Shown here in pieces: positions 1 through 8,990 of a stretch of 64,000 nucleotides of DNA. Location of the stretch: assembly GCA_025963725.1 (NCBI GenBank), contig JAOQAE010000002.1:445221-509220 (forward strand). Reading direction: 5' to 3'. A program made the position numbers and the translations under genes. The DNA is from Bacteroidota bacterium. Lineage in GTDB: Bacteria; Bacteroidota; Bacteroidia; 2-12-FULL-35-15. Under the pieces are notes generated by a model that had not been told where the DNA came from, did no database searches, and saw only the letters and a list, made by a program, of their open reading frames with translations. Within the stretch, counting starts at the first letter, position 1. Every line of letters begins with the position of its first letter.

Positions 1-74
1 ACAGAGGGGCTTTTTAATTGCTGATCATTTTATTTCACAGCACTCACAGGAATAAAATTTGTTGTTATAAAATT

Positions 75-695
75 ATGCTGCTACGAATCAATCCGACAAA
101 ACCGAATTACGATGAGATCGCACAGGTGGTGGCCTGCCTTCGCGACGGCGGCGTTGTGATCTACCCCACCGATACTGTTTACGGCATCGGCTGTGATATT
201 ACGCGGCAGCGGGCGGTTGAGCGCGTATGCAAGCTCAAGGGCATTCAGCCGGAGAAAGCGAACTTCTCCTTCATCTGCAGCGACCTGAGCCACCTTTCCG
301 ATTATACCAAGCCTATCGATACCACCACGTTCAAGCTGATGAAGAAGGCGCTGCCAGGGCCATTTACCTTCATCCTTGAAGCCAGCAACAGTGTTCCGAA
401 GCTGTTCAGAAGCAATAAAAAAACGGTGGGGATCCGTATCCCGGATAACCAGATCTGCCTCGAAATGGTAAAGCAGCTGGGCAACCCGGTGATGAGCACT
501 TCCGTACATGACGATGATGAGATCATTGAATATACCACCGATCCCGTCCTTATTTATGAGAAATACAAGAACCTTGTTGACATTGTAATTGCGGGCGGCT
601 TCGGAAATAATGAGCCTTCCACCGTGGTTGACTGCAGCGCCGGCGGCTTCACGATCATTCGCCAGGGACTCGGTGTTCTTGAAGAGTTTTTATAA
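75..695 (+). CDS. tsaC: L-threonylcarbamoyladenylate synthase, TsaC/YrdC/Sua5 family
   Basis: [12 protein letters not shown] motif and YrdC-like length; the first Met of the ORF (18) is unlikely and Met at 75 gives a canonical N-terminus. Confidence 0.75.
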   Translation: MLLRINPTKPNYDEIAQVVACLRDGGVVIYPTDTVYGIGCDITRQRAVERVCKLKGIQPEKANFSFICSDLSHLSDYTKPIDTTTFKLMKKALPGPFTFILEASNSVPKLFRSNKKTVGIRIPDNQICLEMVKQLGNPVMSTSVHDDDEIIEYTTDPVLIYEKYKNLVDIVIAGGFGNNEPSTVVDCSAGGFTIIRQGLGVLEEFL

Positions 696-705
696 TTCGT
701 CCGGT

Positions 706-1140
706 TTATTCAGCTGCCGCTTCTACCGGATAATCTTTCTGCACCCAATCTTCTTTTATACCTGTAGGAATATCAAGGATCTTCGCCTTTTTAAAGCCCT
801 GCTCCACGAGGTATTTGTGCGCGGGACGAATGTTCGGACAATTGGAGGAAGTGCAGCAGCCGCAATACACCACCACTTCGCGGTCCTTTGAGATTTTGGA
901 AACTTCGTAACGGAATTTTTTAAAGCCTTCATCCGTGCTCACAGGGCCGGCCTTGATGGCGGTTTTGATCTGGTCCACAGTGCCAACATTATAAACCACG
1001 GGCTTTACAGCTTTCGGGTCGTTCAGCCTGGCAGCAAGCTCTTTCGGGTCCATCAGGTTTTCTTTTTTGATCGCTTCCTGCTGCATAAATGCGAAGAATA
1101 AGAAAGCAGACGGAATAAGGATGAAGAGGATCTTTTTCAT
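706..1140 (-). CDS. rhodanese-like domain protein with signal peptide
   Basis: N-terminal signal peptide MKKILFILIPSAFLFFAF; a conserved Cys loop (VVVYCGCC) after a beta-alpha pattern typical of the rhodanese fold. Confidence 0.5.
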   Translation of the reverse strand: MKKILFILIPSAFLFFAFMQQEAIKKENLMDPKELAARLNDPKAVKPVVYNVGTVDQIKTAIKAGPVSTDEGFKKFRYEVSKISKDREVVVYCGCCTSSNCPNIRPAHKYLVEQGFKKAKILDIPTGIKEDWVQKDYPVEAAAE

Positions 1141-1223
1141 GGGAATATTTTTCGGCGGCAACAGCAATTTTTATACCGAAAGTATGAGTAACTTTATTCA
1201 GTTGAAAAAAGCACCCTTACCCG

Positions 1224-2615
1224 ATGAAATTCATATACAGTTTTTTTCTTGTGATTTTCGCCCTGGGCGGACTGAAGGCACAGGACCAGGAAAAGGGAAA
1301 TTATCTCGACGACTTTAACATTCTTGTAGGAAGCCTGTTCGAGCTGCATCCCAAGCTGTACACCAACATTACGAAAGATGAATTTGATACGGATGTGGCC
1401 AATATCAGCCAGCGCCTCCTTATCAACTCGTCACGCTCCAAAGCCATTTACATGATGCAGGAGCTGTTCTACAAATTAGGGAACAGTCATGCGGGAAATG
1501 TTTCGGTATTTGAAGACCTCGGCGTTACCAAAGCGCTTCCTTTCAGCGTGTACATCATCGATCATGATCTTTACATTAAGAACTATCCGCGCGACACAAT
1601 GCTGAACGGGACCAAGATCAATGCGATTGAAAATACCAGCGCTGCAAAGCTGATCGACAGCCTTAAAATATTTTTTCCTACCGATGGAAATATTCCGGTG
1701 ATCAGCTGCAATCTGCAGCCACTGTTCAATAACCTGTACGGCTTTTTCTGCAGCGAGAAGGATACCTTCCTGCTTAATACGGAGAAAGGCCCGATGAAGA
1801 TGGCGGCAGCCGTAAGAGGCGATAAAATATTCGAAGAAGTGATCCTGAAAAGGGCTGAAATGTATTTCGGCGCCGACCGCTTCCTGAAAAAAGAGATCCA
1901 CCCGGATTACGGTTACTTTCGTTTTATCGGCTTTGCCCACAGCTACAAGGACTTCGAGATCGAGCAGGAATACGAAGCATTCATCAGGGAAGCAAATGAA
2001 AAGCAGCTGAAAGCGATCGTGATCGACCTGCGCAGCAATAACGGCGGCGATCCCTATGTGATGGGAAGAATGACGGCCTTATTATCGGATCATCCTTTCC
2101 GACTGTTTGAACGGATCCTTATTACTGAAACGGGTGTTCCATTTTACATGCGGTACATGAGCAACCATTCCACTTACCGCGTGCGGCATTTAAAATCAAA
2201 CGAAATGGGCGATCTGCGTGAAGTGGTGAGGCTTGAAAAAGGCCTGAATATTATTCAGCCTTCGCCCGAACGCTTTAAAGGGAAGATCTACATCATTACC
2301 GGATCCATCACGCAATCGTCGGCCACCATGATGTGCAAATACCTGCAGGGACAGCCGAATGTGAGCTTCGTGGGATCAGAGCCCATCGGCGCCATCAACT
2401 ACTTCTGGGCAAGCTCGCATTGCCAGATCACGCTTCCCGAATTAAAAACAAAATTCTCATTCGGCATGGAGCTGCTCGAGCTGAAGCAATACAGCAGCAA
2501 TAAGGAAAAGCCGGGCGGGCTTATTCCCGACCATGTGATCAGCTATACGATTGAAGAGCGGCTGCTGAAGAAGGACAAGGAGATGGAGTTTATCATCCGC
2601 GACCTGCAGCAGTAA
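1224..2615 (+). CDS. S41 family peptidase (tail-specific/C-terminal processing protease-like), secreted
   Basis: Signal peptide; IVIDLRSNNGGD motif characteristic of S41 peptidases. Confidence 0.7.
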   Translation: MKFIYSFFLVIFALGGLKAQDQEKGNYLDDFNILVGSLFELHPKLYTNITKDEFDTDVANISQRLLINSSRSKAIYMMQELFYKLGNSHAGNVSVFEDLGVTKALPFSVYIIDHDLYIKNYPRDTMLNGTKINAIENTSAAKLIDSLKIFFPTDGNIPVISCNLQPLFNNLYGFFCSEKDTFLLNTEKGPMKMAAAVRGDKIFEEVILKRAEMYFGADRFLKKEIHPDYGYFRFIGFAHSYKDFEIEQEYEAFIREANEKQLKAIVIDLRSNNGGDPYVMGRMTALLSDHPFRLFERILITETGVPFYMRYMSNHSTYRVRHLKSNEMGDLREVVRLEKGLNIIQPSPERFKGKIYIITGSITQSSATMMCKYLQGQPNVSFVGSEPIGAINYFWASSHCQITLPELKTKFSFGMELLELKQYSSNKEKPGGLIPDHVISYTIEERLLKKDKEMEFIIRDLQQ

Positions 2616-4565
2616 TTACTTCCCGATCACCTTGAATTCCGTACGCCTGTTTATGGCGCGGTTCGCATCCGAATCATTCTTCACCTTTGGCCTGGTATCG
2701 CCGTAACCCTTATAAGTAAGGCGCTTCGGATCGATGCCGTGAGCAACAAGATAATCATAAACGGTTTTTGCACGATTCTGGGAAAGCGTCATGTTCGATT
2801 TTTTATCGCCCACATTATCCGTATGTCCGCTTAATTCGCCACGGATGGTCTTGTTCACATTGAGGAACTTCACAAGGATGTCGAGCTCGGCATTTGATTC
2901 GGGCTTGAGGTTGAATTTCGCGGTTTCAAAAAACACATTCTTCAGCTCGATAATTCCCGTGTCGATCGGCTGCATCGGCACATCCATGATAAAAGGCTTC
3001 GTTTTATCCGCCAGCTCCTTCAATGCAAAATTTTCCGAATAGAATAAATAACCCGGCTGTGACACGTTCAATAAATAATCCTTATCCACCGGCAATGTCA
3101 CGAGAAACTCGCCATTCCCGCTGTTGGCGTCCGATTCGATCACCGGCTTCCCGGTCGCAAGGTCGATCAGCACAAAGTGAGCGCCAAGCGGCTCACGCGA
3201 TTTTACATCATACACTTTTCCTTTTACATAGGTCACAAGGTCGGGACGCGCTTCCTTGTACAGGTCAAACTTATACATGTCGAGGCCGCCCAGTCCGCCG
3301 TCACGGTTGGAGGCAAAATACGCGATCTCTCCCGAGGCACCCACCAGCAGGCTATTTTCATCCCCATACGTATTGATCGGGTAGCCAAGGTTCACAGGCT
3401 CTCCCCATACGCCTTTCGCATCTTTACGCACTACATAAATATCAAATCCGCCCATGCCGATCCTTCCATTCGAGCTGAAATACAAGGTCCGGCCATCCGG
3501 GTGAATGAACACCGATTGCTCATCCCCTTTCGAGTTCACCTTCTTGCCAAGGTTTACAGGGTGTTTCCAGCTTCCATCGGCATCCAGCTCCGACACATAA
3601 ATATCATGCTCGCCCATTCCGCCCGGACGGTTGCTTACAAAGTACAGGCTCTTTCCATCGGCCGAGAAGGAAGGCTGTGTTTCACGGTATTGCGTGTTTA
3701 CGGAGTTTCCGAGGTTGTATGGCTTCGACCATGCATCCCCAACTTTCTCCGCGTAAAAAATATCACATCCTCCCAATCCCTTTCTTCCAGGGCCGAAGCT
3801 CCCGGTCTGATCCTGGCATACAGTGAAAAACAACACCTGTCCGTCAACCGAAAGGCTTGGCGCACCTTCATTTCCCTGCGTGTTAATTCCTGTGCCGGGG
3901 ATCAGCATAGCTTTCTGCCATACGCCGCCTACTTTTTTACTCACCATGAAATCCTCCTGCGTAGCAGTCCGCTCGGTCCTGTTGTTGCGCGTGAACAGAA
4001 AGGTCTGATCATCGGCAGTGATGGCCGGAAAATATTCATCGAGATTGGAATTGATGCCTTCGCCGAGATTGACCGGCTTGAATGGCTTGGGGTTTTTGGT
4101 TGCCTCGATCGCAAACGTGCAATTCTCTACATTGCGCTCTGCGCTTTCCCTGGAATCGGGATTGATATTCGGATTTTTAAGAAAGCGCTCAAAATCACTT
4201 TTCGCATTTTTATAATCGCCCACTTTCATTTCCAGGCGGGCAATGTTATAAAAATTGCTGCTGCTGAATCCGGGGCTGATGGTGATCGCCTTTTCATATT
4301 CTTTGATCGCCGCAGTATTATTCCCTTTGATCTGGTACAGCTCAGCCATGAGCAAATGCGGCTCAATAAAGTTGCTGTCTTTTTCAATGGCTTTGGTAAG
4401 CGTTGCCATGCATTCATCATCCTTTTGCTGGTTGTACAGCTTCATCGCCTGTTCAAAAAGGGCAACAGCCTTTTTATTTTTGGAAGTGTATTCGCCCGGG
4501 GGCAGCTGTGCCTTACAGGAAAATAAAGCGAGAAGTAAGGCGATGAGAATGAGTGTGTTTTTCAT
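2616..4565 (-). CDS. OmpA-family outer-membrane protein with N-terminal TPR and WD40-like (PD40/TolB) beta-propeller repeats
   Basis: C-terminal OmpA motif (SGHTDNVGD...NRRTEF); repeated PD40-like segments (SxDGKxLYFxSNR); TPR-like N-terminus; signal peptide. Confidence 0.75.
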   Translation of the reverse strand: MKNTLILIALLLALFSCKAQLPPGEYTSKNKKAVALFEQAMKLYNQQKDDECMATLTKAIEKDSNFIEPHLLMAELYQIKGNNTAAIKEYEKAITISPGFSSSNFYNIARLEMKVGDYKNAKSDFERFLKNPNINPDSRESAERNVENCTFAIEATKNPKPFKPVNLGEGINSNLDEYFPAITADDQTFLFTRNNRTERTATQEDFMVSKKVGGVWQKAMLIPGTGINTQGNEGAPSLSVDGQVLFFTVCQDQTGSFGPGRKGLGGCDIFYAEKVGDAWSKPYNLGNSVNTQYRETQPSFSADGKSLYFVSNRPGGMGEHDIYVSELDADGSWKHPVNLGKKVNSKGDEQSVFIHPDGRTLYFSSNGRIGMGGFDIYVVRKDAKGVWGEPVNLGYPINTYGDENSLLVGASGEIAYFASNRDGGLGGLDMYKFDLYKEARPDLVTYVKGKVYDVKSREPLGAHFVLIDLATGKPVIESDANSGNGEFLVTLPVDKDYLLNVSQPGYLFYSENFALKELADKTKPFIMDVPMQPIDTGIIELKNVFFETAKFNLKPESNAELDILVKFLNVNKTIRGELSGHTDNVGDKKSNMTLSQNRAKTVYDYLVAHGIDPKRLTYKGYGDTRPKVKNDSDANRAINRRTEFKVIGK

Positions 4566-4595
4566 ATCAGGTCTTTGGTTCCAATTATCATTCCA

Positions 4596-5234
4596 TTACG
4601 GAATATTCATGTATTTATGCGTTTGCAGGGAAACATTCCACTTAGGGTTCGCCATTACATAATCAACTATGAGAGGCATCATTTCTTTTGCCTTGCTCCA
4701 TTCCGGCTGCAGGAACAGCTTGCATTCAGGACCAACCAGCGCGGCATGCTTCTCCGCCCATTCAAAGTCATGCTTATTATGGACAATGATCTTAAGTTCG
4801 CTTGCCAGCGGATAATTTTCCGGCATGGGCGGACTTGTTTTTTTCGGCGAGAGACATACCCAGTCCCATTCGCCGGTAAGCCTGTAAGCGCCCGAAGTTT
4901 CAATAAAGGTTTGAATACCTTTTCCTTTCAGCTGCTGCGTGATGTACTCCATGTTGTACATGCTCGGCTCCCCTCCCGTTACTACTACCGCTTTGCCCGG
5001 AAAGCGCGATGCGTTTTCAACAACCAGGTCGGTCTTTGTTAAAGGATGCAGCGAGGCATCCCAGCTTTCCTTCACATCACACCAATGGCAACCTACATCA
5101 CAGCCGCCCACGCGGATAAAGTAGGCAGGCTTGCCTGAATGGAAGCCTTCTCCCTGGATAGTATAAAACTCTTCCATCAGCGGCAGCTCCATTCCGAGCT
5201 CCAGTAACGTTTTATTTTTTTCTCCTGTTTCCAA
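4596..5234 (-). CDS. queE: 7-carboxy-7-deazaguanine synthase QueE (radical SAM)
   Basis: FIRVGGCDVGCHWCD radical-SAM cluster motif; TIQGEG N-terminal motif; the likely true start is Met at 5192 (MELPLMEEF). Confidence 0.8.
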   Translation of the reverse strand: METGEKNKTLLELGMELPLMEEFYTIQGEGFHSGKPAYFIRVGGCDVGCHWCDVKESWDASLHPLTKTDLVVENASRFPGKAVVVTGGEPSMYNMEYITQQLKGKGIQTFIETSGAYRLTGEWDWVCLSPKKTSPPMPENYPLASELKIIVHNKHDFEWAEKHAALVGPECKLFLQPEWSKAKEMMPLIVDYVMANPKWNVSLQTHKYMNIP

Positions 5235-5239
5235 ATCTC

Positions 5240-6796
5240 TTAATTCATTTCTATGATCAGCATTTCGTATTCAAAGGGCTTAAAGGCAGCCTTCAATGCC
5301 GGGATCATCTCTTTTCCGTATTTTAAATAATAAGGTATAAAATTATCGTAACGCTCCTGGAGATTGCCTTCCGGGAAAAATTTTTCCTTGAGCTTGCGCA
5401 GCTGATTGATGCTTGTTTCCTGCTTTTGCTTTTCGGAGCGCAGCAGCCTGCTTTCAATATTTTTAATTCCGTTCAGGGTTTTCTGCAGCTCTGCTTCCAC
5501 TGTTCCTTTCAACGTAGGGTCCACCAGTGCTGCTTTTTCAGAAATGCCCGCATACAATAACGCGATCTTATCCTCCTGCTCCTTTAACGAGATCCCGCTT
5601 CCGGCAGCCCTGCTTATGAATTCTTTGATCAGCGCTTCAAGATCCTTAAAAGGGTCGTTCACCGCAAAACCGAATTTCTGAAGCTGCTGGTTTGTTTTTT
5701 CATCCGTGAGCATCGCGAAATTACGCGGTATGAGCACAGGGAATGTGATGCCGTGATGATCGAACATTGCCTTGTATTCGAACCAGTATGCAAACTCTCC
5801 CGGCCCGCCCACGTAGGCGATGTTCGGAAGAATGCGCTGCTGGTATAATGGGCGCAATACAACGTTCGGACTATACTCTTCCGGCTTAAGGCTCAACACT
5901 TCGGCAGAGGCCTGCTCGATGCGCACACGGTCGCTGCCCAGCCGGAATACATTGATCTCCCTCGGATTAACCTGCGCCTTATAACCGGCCTTTTCCAGCC
6001 CGGTTATAGTTGTATTTACAATTTTAAAATTCGTGTTATTGGAAATATCGTCCTTTATAATTTCGATGAACTCCTGCTTAAGGCGCGCATCATCCGGGTC
6101 GATGATCACCAGCCCGTATGCGCCAAAAAGCGCATGAACAAGATAGCGCGTTGCATCGGCAAGGTTCGGATGCTTCAAATAAGCATTATCGAAAAGTGTG
6201 ATCAGCTCTTTTGCATTTGCCGAATCGCCAAGGATAGTGCTCAGCTCTTCCAGCATTGCATTTAAGGAGGAAGTGCTTAATCTTCCCACGGCGCCTTTCG
6301 CTTCCGGGTTATCCCATGAAAGTTTTTTTCCGAACAGGTGGATGGAGCGGATCTCTTCAAAATCGTGATCCTCGGAAGCCATCCAGTATACCGGCACAAA
6401 GTTATTCTCCGGGTATTTTGCTTTCAGCTCCTCTGCAAGGTTAATGGTGGTGATGATCTTGTAAATAAAATACAGCGGCCCTGTGAACAGGCAAAGCTGG
6501 TGACCGGTGCAAACCGTAAAGGTTTTATTATCGGAAAGTAATTCGATGTTTGTATTTGTTGCCTGGAAATCCGCAAGCGGTGATTTGATCTTCGAATTGT
6601 ATTGCTCAAGGATCACTTCCTGCAGCAAAAGGCGGTTGAGAGGCCGGGAAGCGCGATGGGCCATGGCCTCCTTAAACGAACCGGCATGTGGCGCATAGGC
6701 ATAAAACTGATCCACTTTGCCTTCTATGTAATCGAGGAGCAGCTGTGGAAATTGACCTGTATCGGAAAGAGGTATGTTGGTCTTTTTGTATGGCAT
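5240..6796 (-). CDS. bshC: bacillithiol biosynthesis cysteine-adding enzyme BshC
   Basis: About 518 aa with a BshC-like N-terminus (LLLDYIEG) and length typical of the family. Confidence 0.65.
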   Translation of the reverse strand: MPYKKTNIPLSDTGQFPQLLLDYIEGKVDQFYAYAPHAGSFKEAMAHRASRPLNRLLLQEVILEQYNSKIKSPLADFQATNTNIELLSDNKTFTVCTGHQLCLFTGPLYFIYKIITTINLAEELKAKYPENNFVPVYWMASEDHDFEEIRSIHLFGKKLSWDNPEAKGAVGRLSTSSLNAMLEELSTILGDSANAKELITLFDNAYLKHPNLADATRYLVHALFGAYGLVIIDPDDARLKQEFIEIIKDDISNNTNFKIVNTTITGLEKAGYKAQVNPREINVFRLGSDRVRIEQASAEVLSLKPEEYSPNVVLRPLYQQRILPNIAYVGGPGEFAYWFEYKAMFDHHGITFPVLIPRNFAMLTDEKTNQQLQKFGFAVNDPFKDLEALIKEFISRAAGSGISLKEQEDKIALLYAGISEKAALVDPTLKGTVEAELQKTLNGIKNIESRLLRSEKQKQETSINQLRKLKEKFFPEGNLQERYDNFIPYYLKYGKEMIPALKAAFKPFEYEMLIIEMN

Positions 6797-6890
6797 AAAT
6801 ATTATGTAAAGATAACAATTTTGAAGGCATTTTGTTTAGGATAAAAAGTATGAATGCAATTAATTAACTTTGAAAAAAACGAGCTGAGCT

Positions 6891-7454
6891 ATGAGCGATG
6901 AACTGCATAAAAACCCCTGGACCACCTTAACATCAGAGCATATTTATGATTCGCCCTGGGTGAGCCTTACGAAGCATGATGTGCTCAACCCAAACGGGAA
7001 TCCCGGCACTTATTCCGTGGTGCATTTTAAAAATATTGCCATTGGCATATTGCCGCTCGATAAGGACAATAACACGTATATCGTAGGGCAATACCGCTAC
7101 CCGATCAATCAATATTCATGGGAGATCCCGGAAGGCGGCGGAAAGCTGGATGTTCCGCCCCTCGATTCGGCAAAGCGTGAATTGCATGAGGAAACAGGGA
7201 TCTCAGCGGGCAAATGGACAAAGATCCAGGAGATGCACCTGAGCAACTCGGCCAGCGATGAGTTCTGCATCCTTTATCTGGCGCAGGACCTGAGCTTTGG
7301 GGAATCGGAGCCGGAAGACGATGAGAAGCTGGAAGTGCGGAAGCTGCACTTCGATGAATTGTATAAAATAGTGGAGAACGGCGAAGTGACCGACAGCTTA
7401 ACTGTGGCCGCCGTGCTGAAAGTGAAGCTTATGATGATAGAGGGAAAATTGTGA
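6891..7454 (+). CDS. NUDIX hydrolase
   Basis: NUDIX box GGGKLDx7AKRELHEETGI. Confidence 0.75.
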   Translation: MSDELHKNPWTTLTSEHIYDSPWVSLTKHDVLNPNGNPGTYSVVHFKNIAIGILPLDKDNNTYIVGQYRYPINQYSWEIPEGGGKLDVPPLDSAKRELHEETGISAGKWTKIQEMHLSNSASDEFCILYLAQDLSFGESEPEDDEKLEVRKLHFDELYKIVENGEVTDSLTVAAVLKVKLMMIEGKL

Positions 7455-7483
7455 AATCTGCGAGCCGTAACATTGCGTAGAGA

Positions 7484-7527
7484 TTCCGTGTTCCCGGATC
7501 AGGTCCGGGACAGGCATGGCACGGAAT
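7484..7527. terminator. GC-rich nested hairpin between convergent NUDIX gene and rimO (possible bidirectional terminator)
   Basis: attccgtg...cccggatcaggtccggg...cacggaat nested inverted repeat; no clear U-run. Confidence 0.3.
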
Positions 7528-7556
7528 GACGATGACTGCGGTCGGGATGACAAATG

Positions 7557-8882
7557 CTAACTCACAAAGCCGTTAACCACTTCACCATACAGGTCATAAT
7601 CTTCCGCGGAAGTGATCTTCACATTTGCGAAATCGCCAACGCGGACAAAATCCTTATCGGCTTTCACCAGCACTTCATTGTCCACTTCGGGTGAATCGAA
7701 CTCGGTGCGGCCGATAAAATACTCGCCTTCTTTTTTATCGAACAGCACTTTGAATGTTTTTCCCACCTTCTTCTGGTTGAGGTCGAATGAAATTCCCTGC
7801 TGAAGCTCCATTACTGCCTCCGTGCGGGCCTGCTTCACCTTTGCGGGAACATCGTCCTTCAGGCTGTATGCATGCGTATTTTCTTCATGCGAATAGGCAA
7901 AAATGCCAAGGCGCTCAAAGCGGGTTTGTTCCACCCATTCCAGCATTTCTTCGTGGTCACGCTGTGTTTCACCCGGGTAGCCCGCTATCAGCGTGGTGCG
8001 GATAGCGATGCCGGGAACCTTATCGCGGATCTGGTTCACAAGGTCGATCGTTTTTTGCTTTGTGGTGCCGCGGCGCATGCTTTTCAGCATGTTATCGGTG
8101 ATGTGCTGCAAAGGCATATCGAGGTAATTGCAGATATTCTTCCGCTCGTTCATCACATCCAGCACATCCATCGGGAAACCGGCAGGGAATGCATAATGCA
8201 GGCGGATCCACTCGATCCCTTCCACATCGGAAAGATTCCGGAGCAGCTCTGCAAGATTGCGTTTTTTATAAAGGTCGAGGCCGTAATAGGTAAGGTCCTG
8301 CGCGATCATCATCAGCTCCTTGGTACCGTTCTTCGCAAGATGCTTTGCCTCTTTCACCAGCTCTTCAATGGATTTGGAGATGTGGTTCCCGCGCATCAGC
8401 GGAATGGCGCAGAACGAGCAGGGACGGTCGCAGCCTTCGGCGATCTTGAAATAGGAATAATGATGCGGGGTGGTGAGCAAACGCTCGCCCACGAGCTCAT
8501 GCTTGTAATTGGCTTTTAATGTCTTTAGCAAACGGGGCAGCTCGCGTGTTCCGAAATAGCCGTCCACATTCGGGATCTCTTTTTCCAGCTCGGGCCTGTA
8601 GCGCTCGCTGAGGCAGCCGGTAACGTATACTTTATCAACCAGGCCGGCGGTTTTGGCATCGGCGTAACGTATAATGGTATCAATGCTTTCCTGTTTTGCA
8701 TTGTCGATAAACCCGCAGGTATTGATGATCACAATGCTTGCATCCTCATCCGTGCTTTCATGCTCCACCAGGAAATTATTCGCTTTGAGCTGTCCCATCA
8801 GCACTTCACTGTCCACAATATTTTTGGAACAACCAAGGGTCACTACATTTACTTTGTTCTTCTTTAAGGTTTTTGTCTTCAT
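7557..8882 (-). CDS. rimO: ribosomal protein S12 methylthiotransferase RimO
   Basis: MiaB-like methylthiotransferase N-terminal domain, radical SAM core (CxxxCxxC) and TRAM C-terminus; the ORF extends to 8918 but Met at 8882 (MKTKTLKK) is the likely start. Confidence 0.8.
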   Translation of the reverse strand: MKTKTLKKNKVNVVTLGCSKNIVDSEVLMGQLKANNFLVEHESTDEDASIVIINTCGFIDNAKQESIDTIIRYADAKTAGLVDKVYVTGCLSERYRPELEKEIPNVDGYFGTRELPRLLKTLKANYKHELVGERLLTTPHHYSYFKIAEGCDRPCSFCAIPLMRGNHISKSIEELVKEAKHLAKNGTKELMMIAQDLTYYGLDLYKKRNLAELLRNLSDVEGIEWIRLHYAFPAGFPMDVLDVMNERKNICNYLDMPLQHITDNMLKSMRRGTTKQKTIDLVNQIRDKVPGIAIRTTLIAGYPGETQRDHEEMLEWVEQTRFERLGIFAYSHEENTHAYSLKDDVPAKVKQARTEAVMELQQGISFDLNQKKVGKTFKVLFDKKEGEYFIGRTEFDSPEVDNEVLVKADKDFVRVGDFANVKITSAEDYDLYGEVVNGFVS

Positions 8883-8990
8883 TTCGCAAGTATCCTGTTC
8901 ATTTGAAAATGCCTGCAACAGGCTTTAAAACAAGATTTTATTCTATATTTGTTTCTTCCGCAAAGGTAACGAAAATAAGGCGAAACTATT

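Noticed and set aside
18-74. N-terminal extension of the TsaC ORF ([19 protein letters not shown])
   Set aside because: Cys/His-rich junk with no similarity to YrdC N-termini. Met at 75 gives the conserved start.
3177-4526. 449-aa ORF on the plus strand, antisense to the OmpA/TPR/PD40 gene
   Set aside because: Fully contained within a strongly supported minus-strand gene, with low-complexity Arg/His-rich translation and no motifs. It is a typical antisense open frame in a GC-biased coding region. The same applies to 26822..27754, 12797..13588, 15121..15855, 9024..9755 and 32358..33101.
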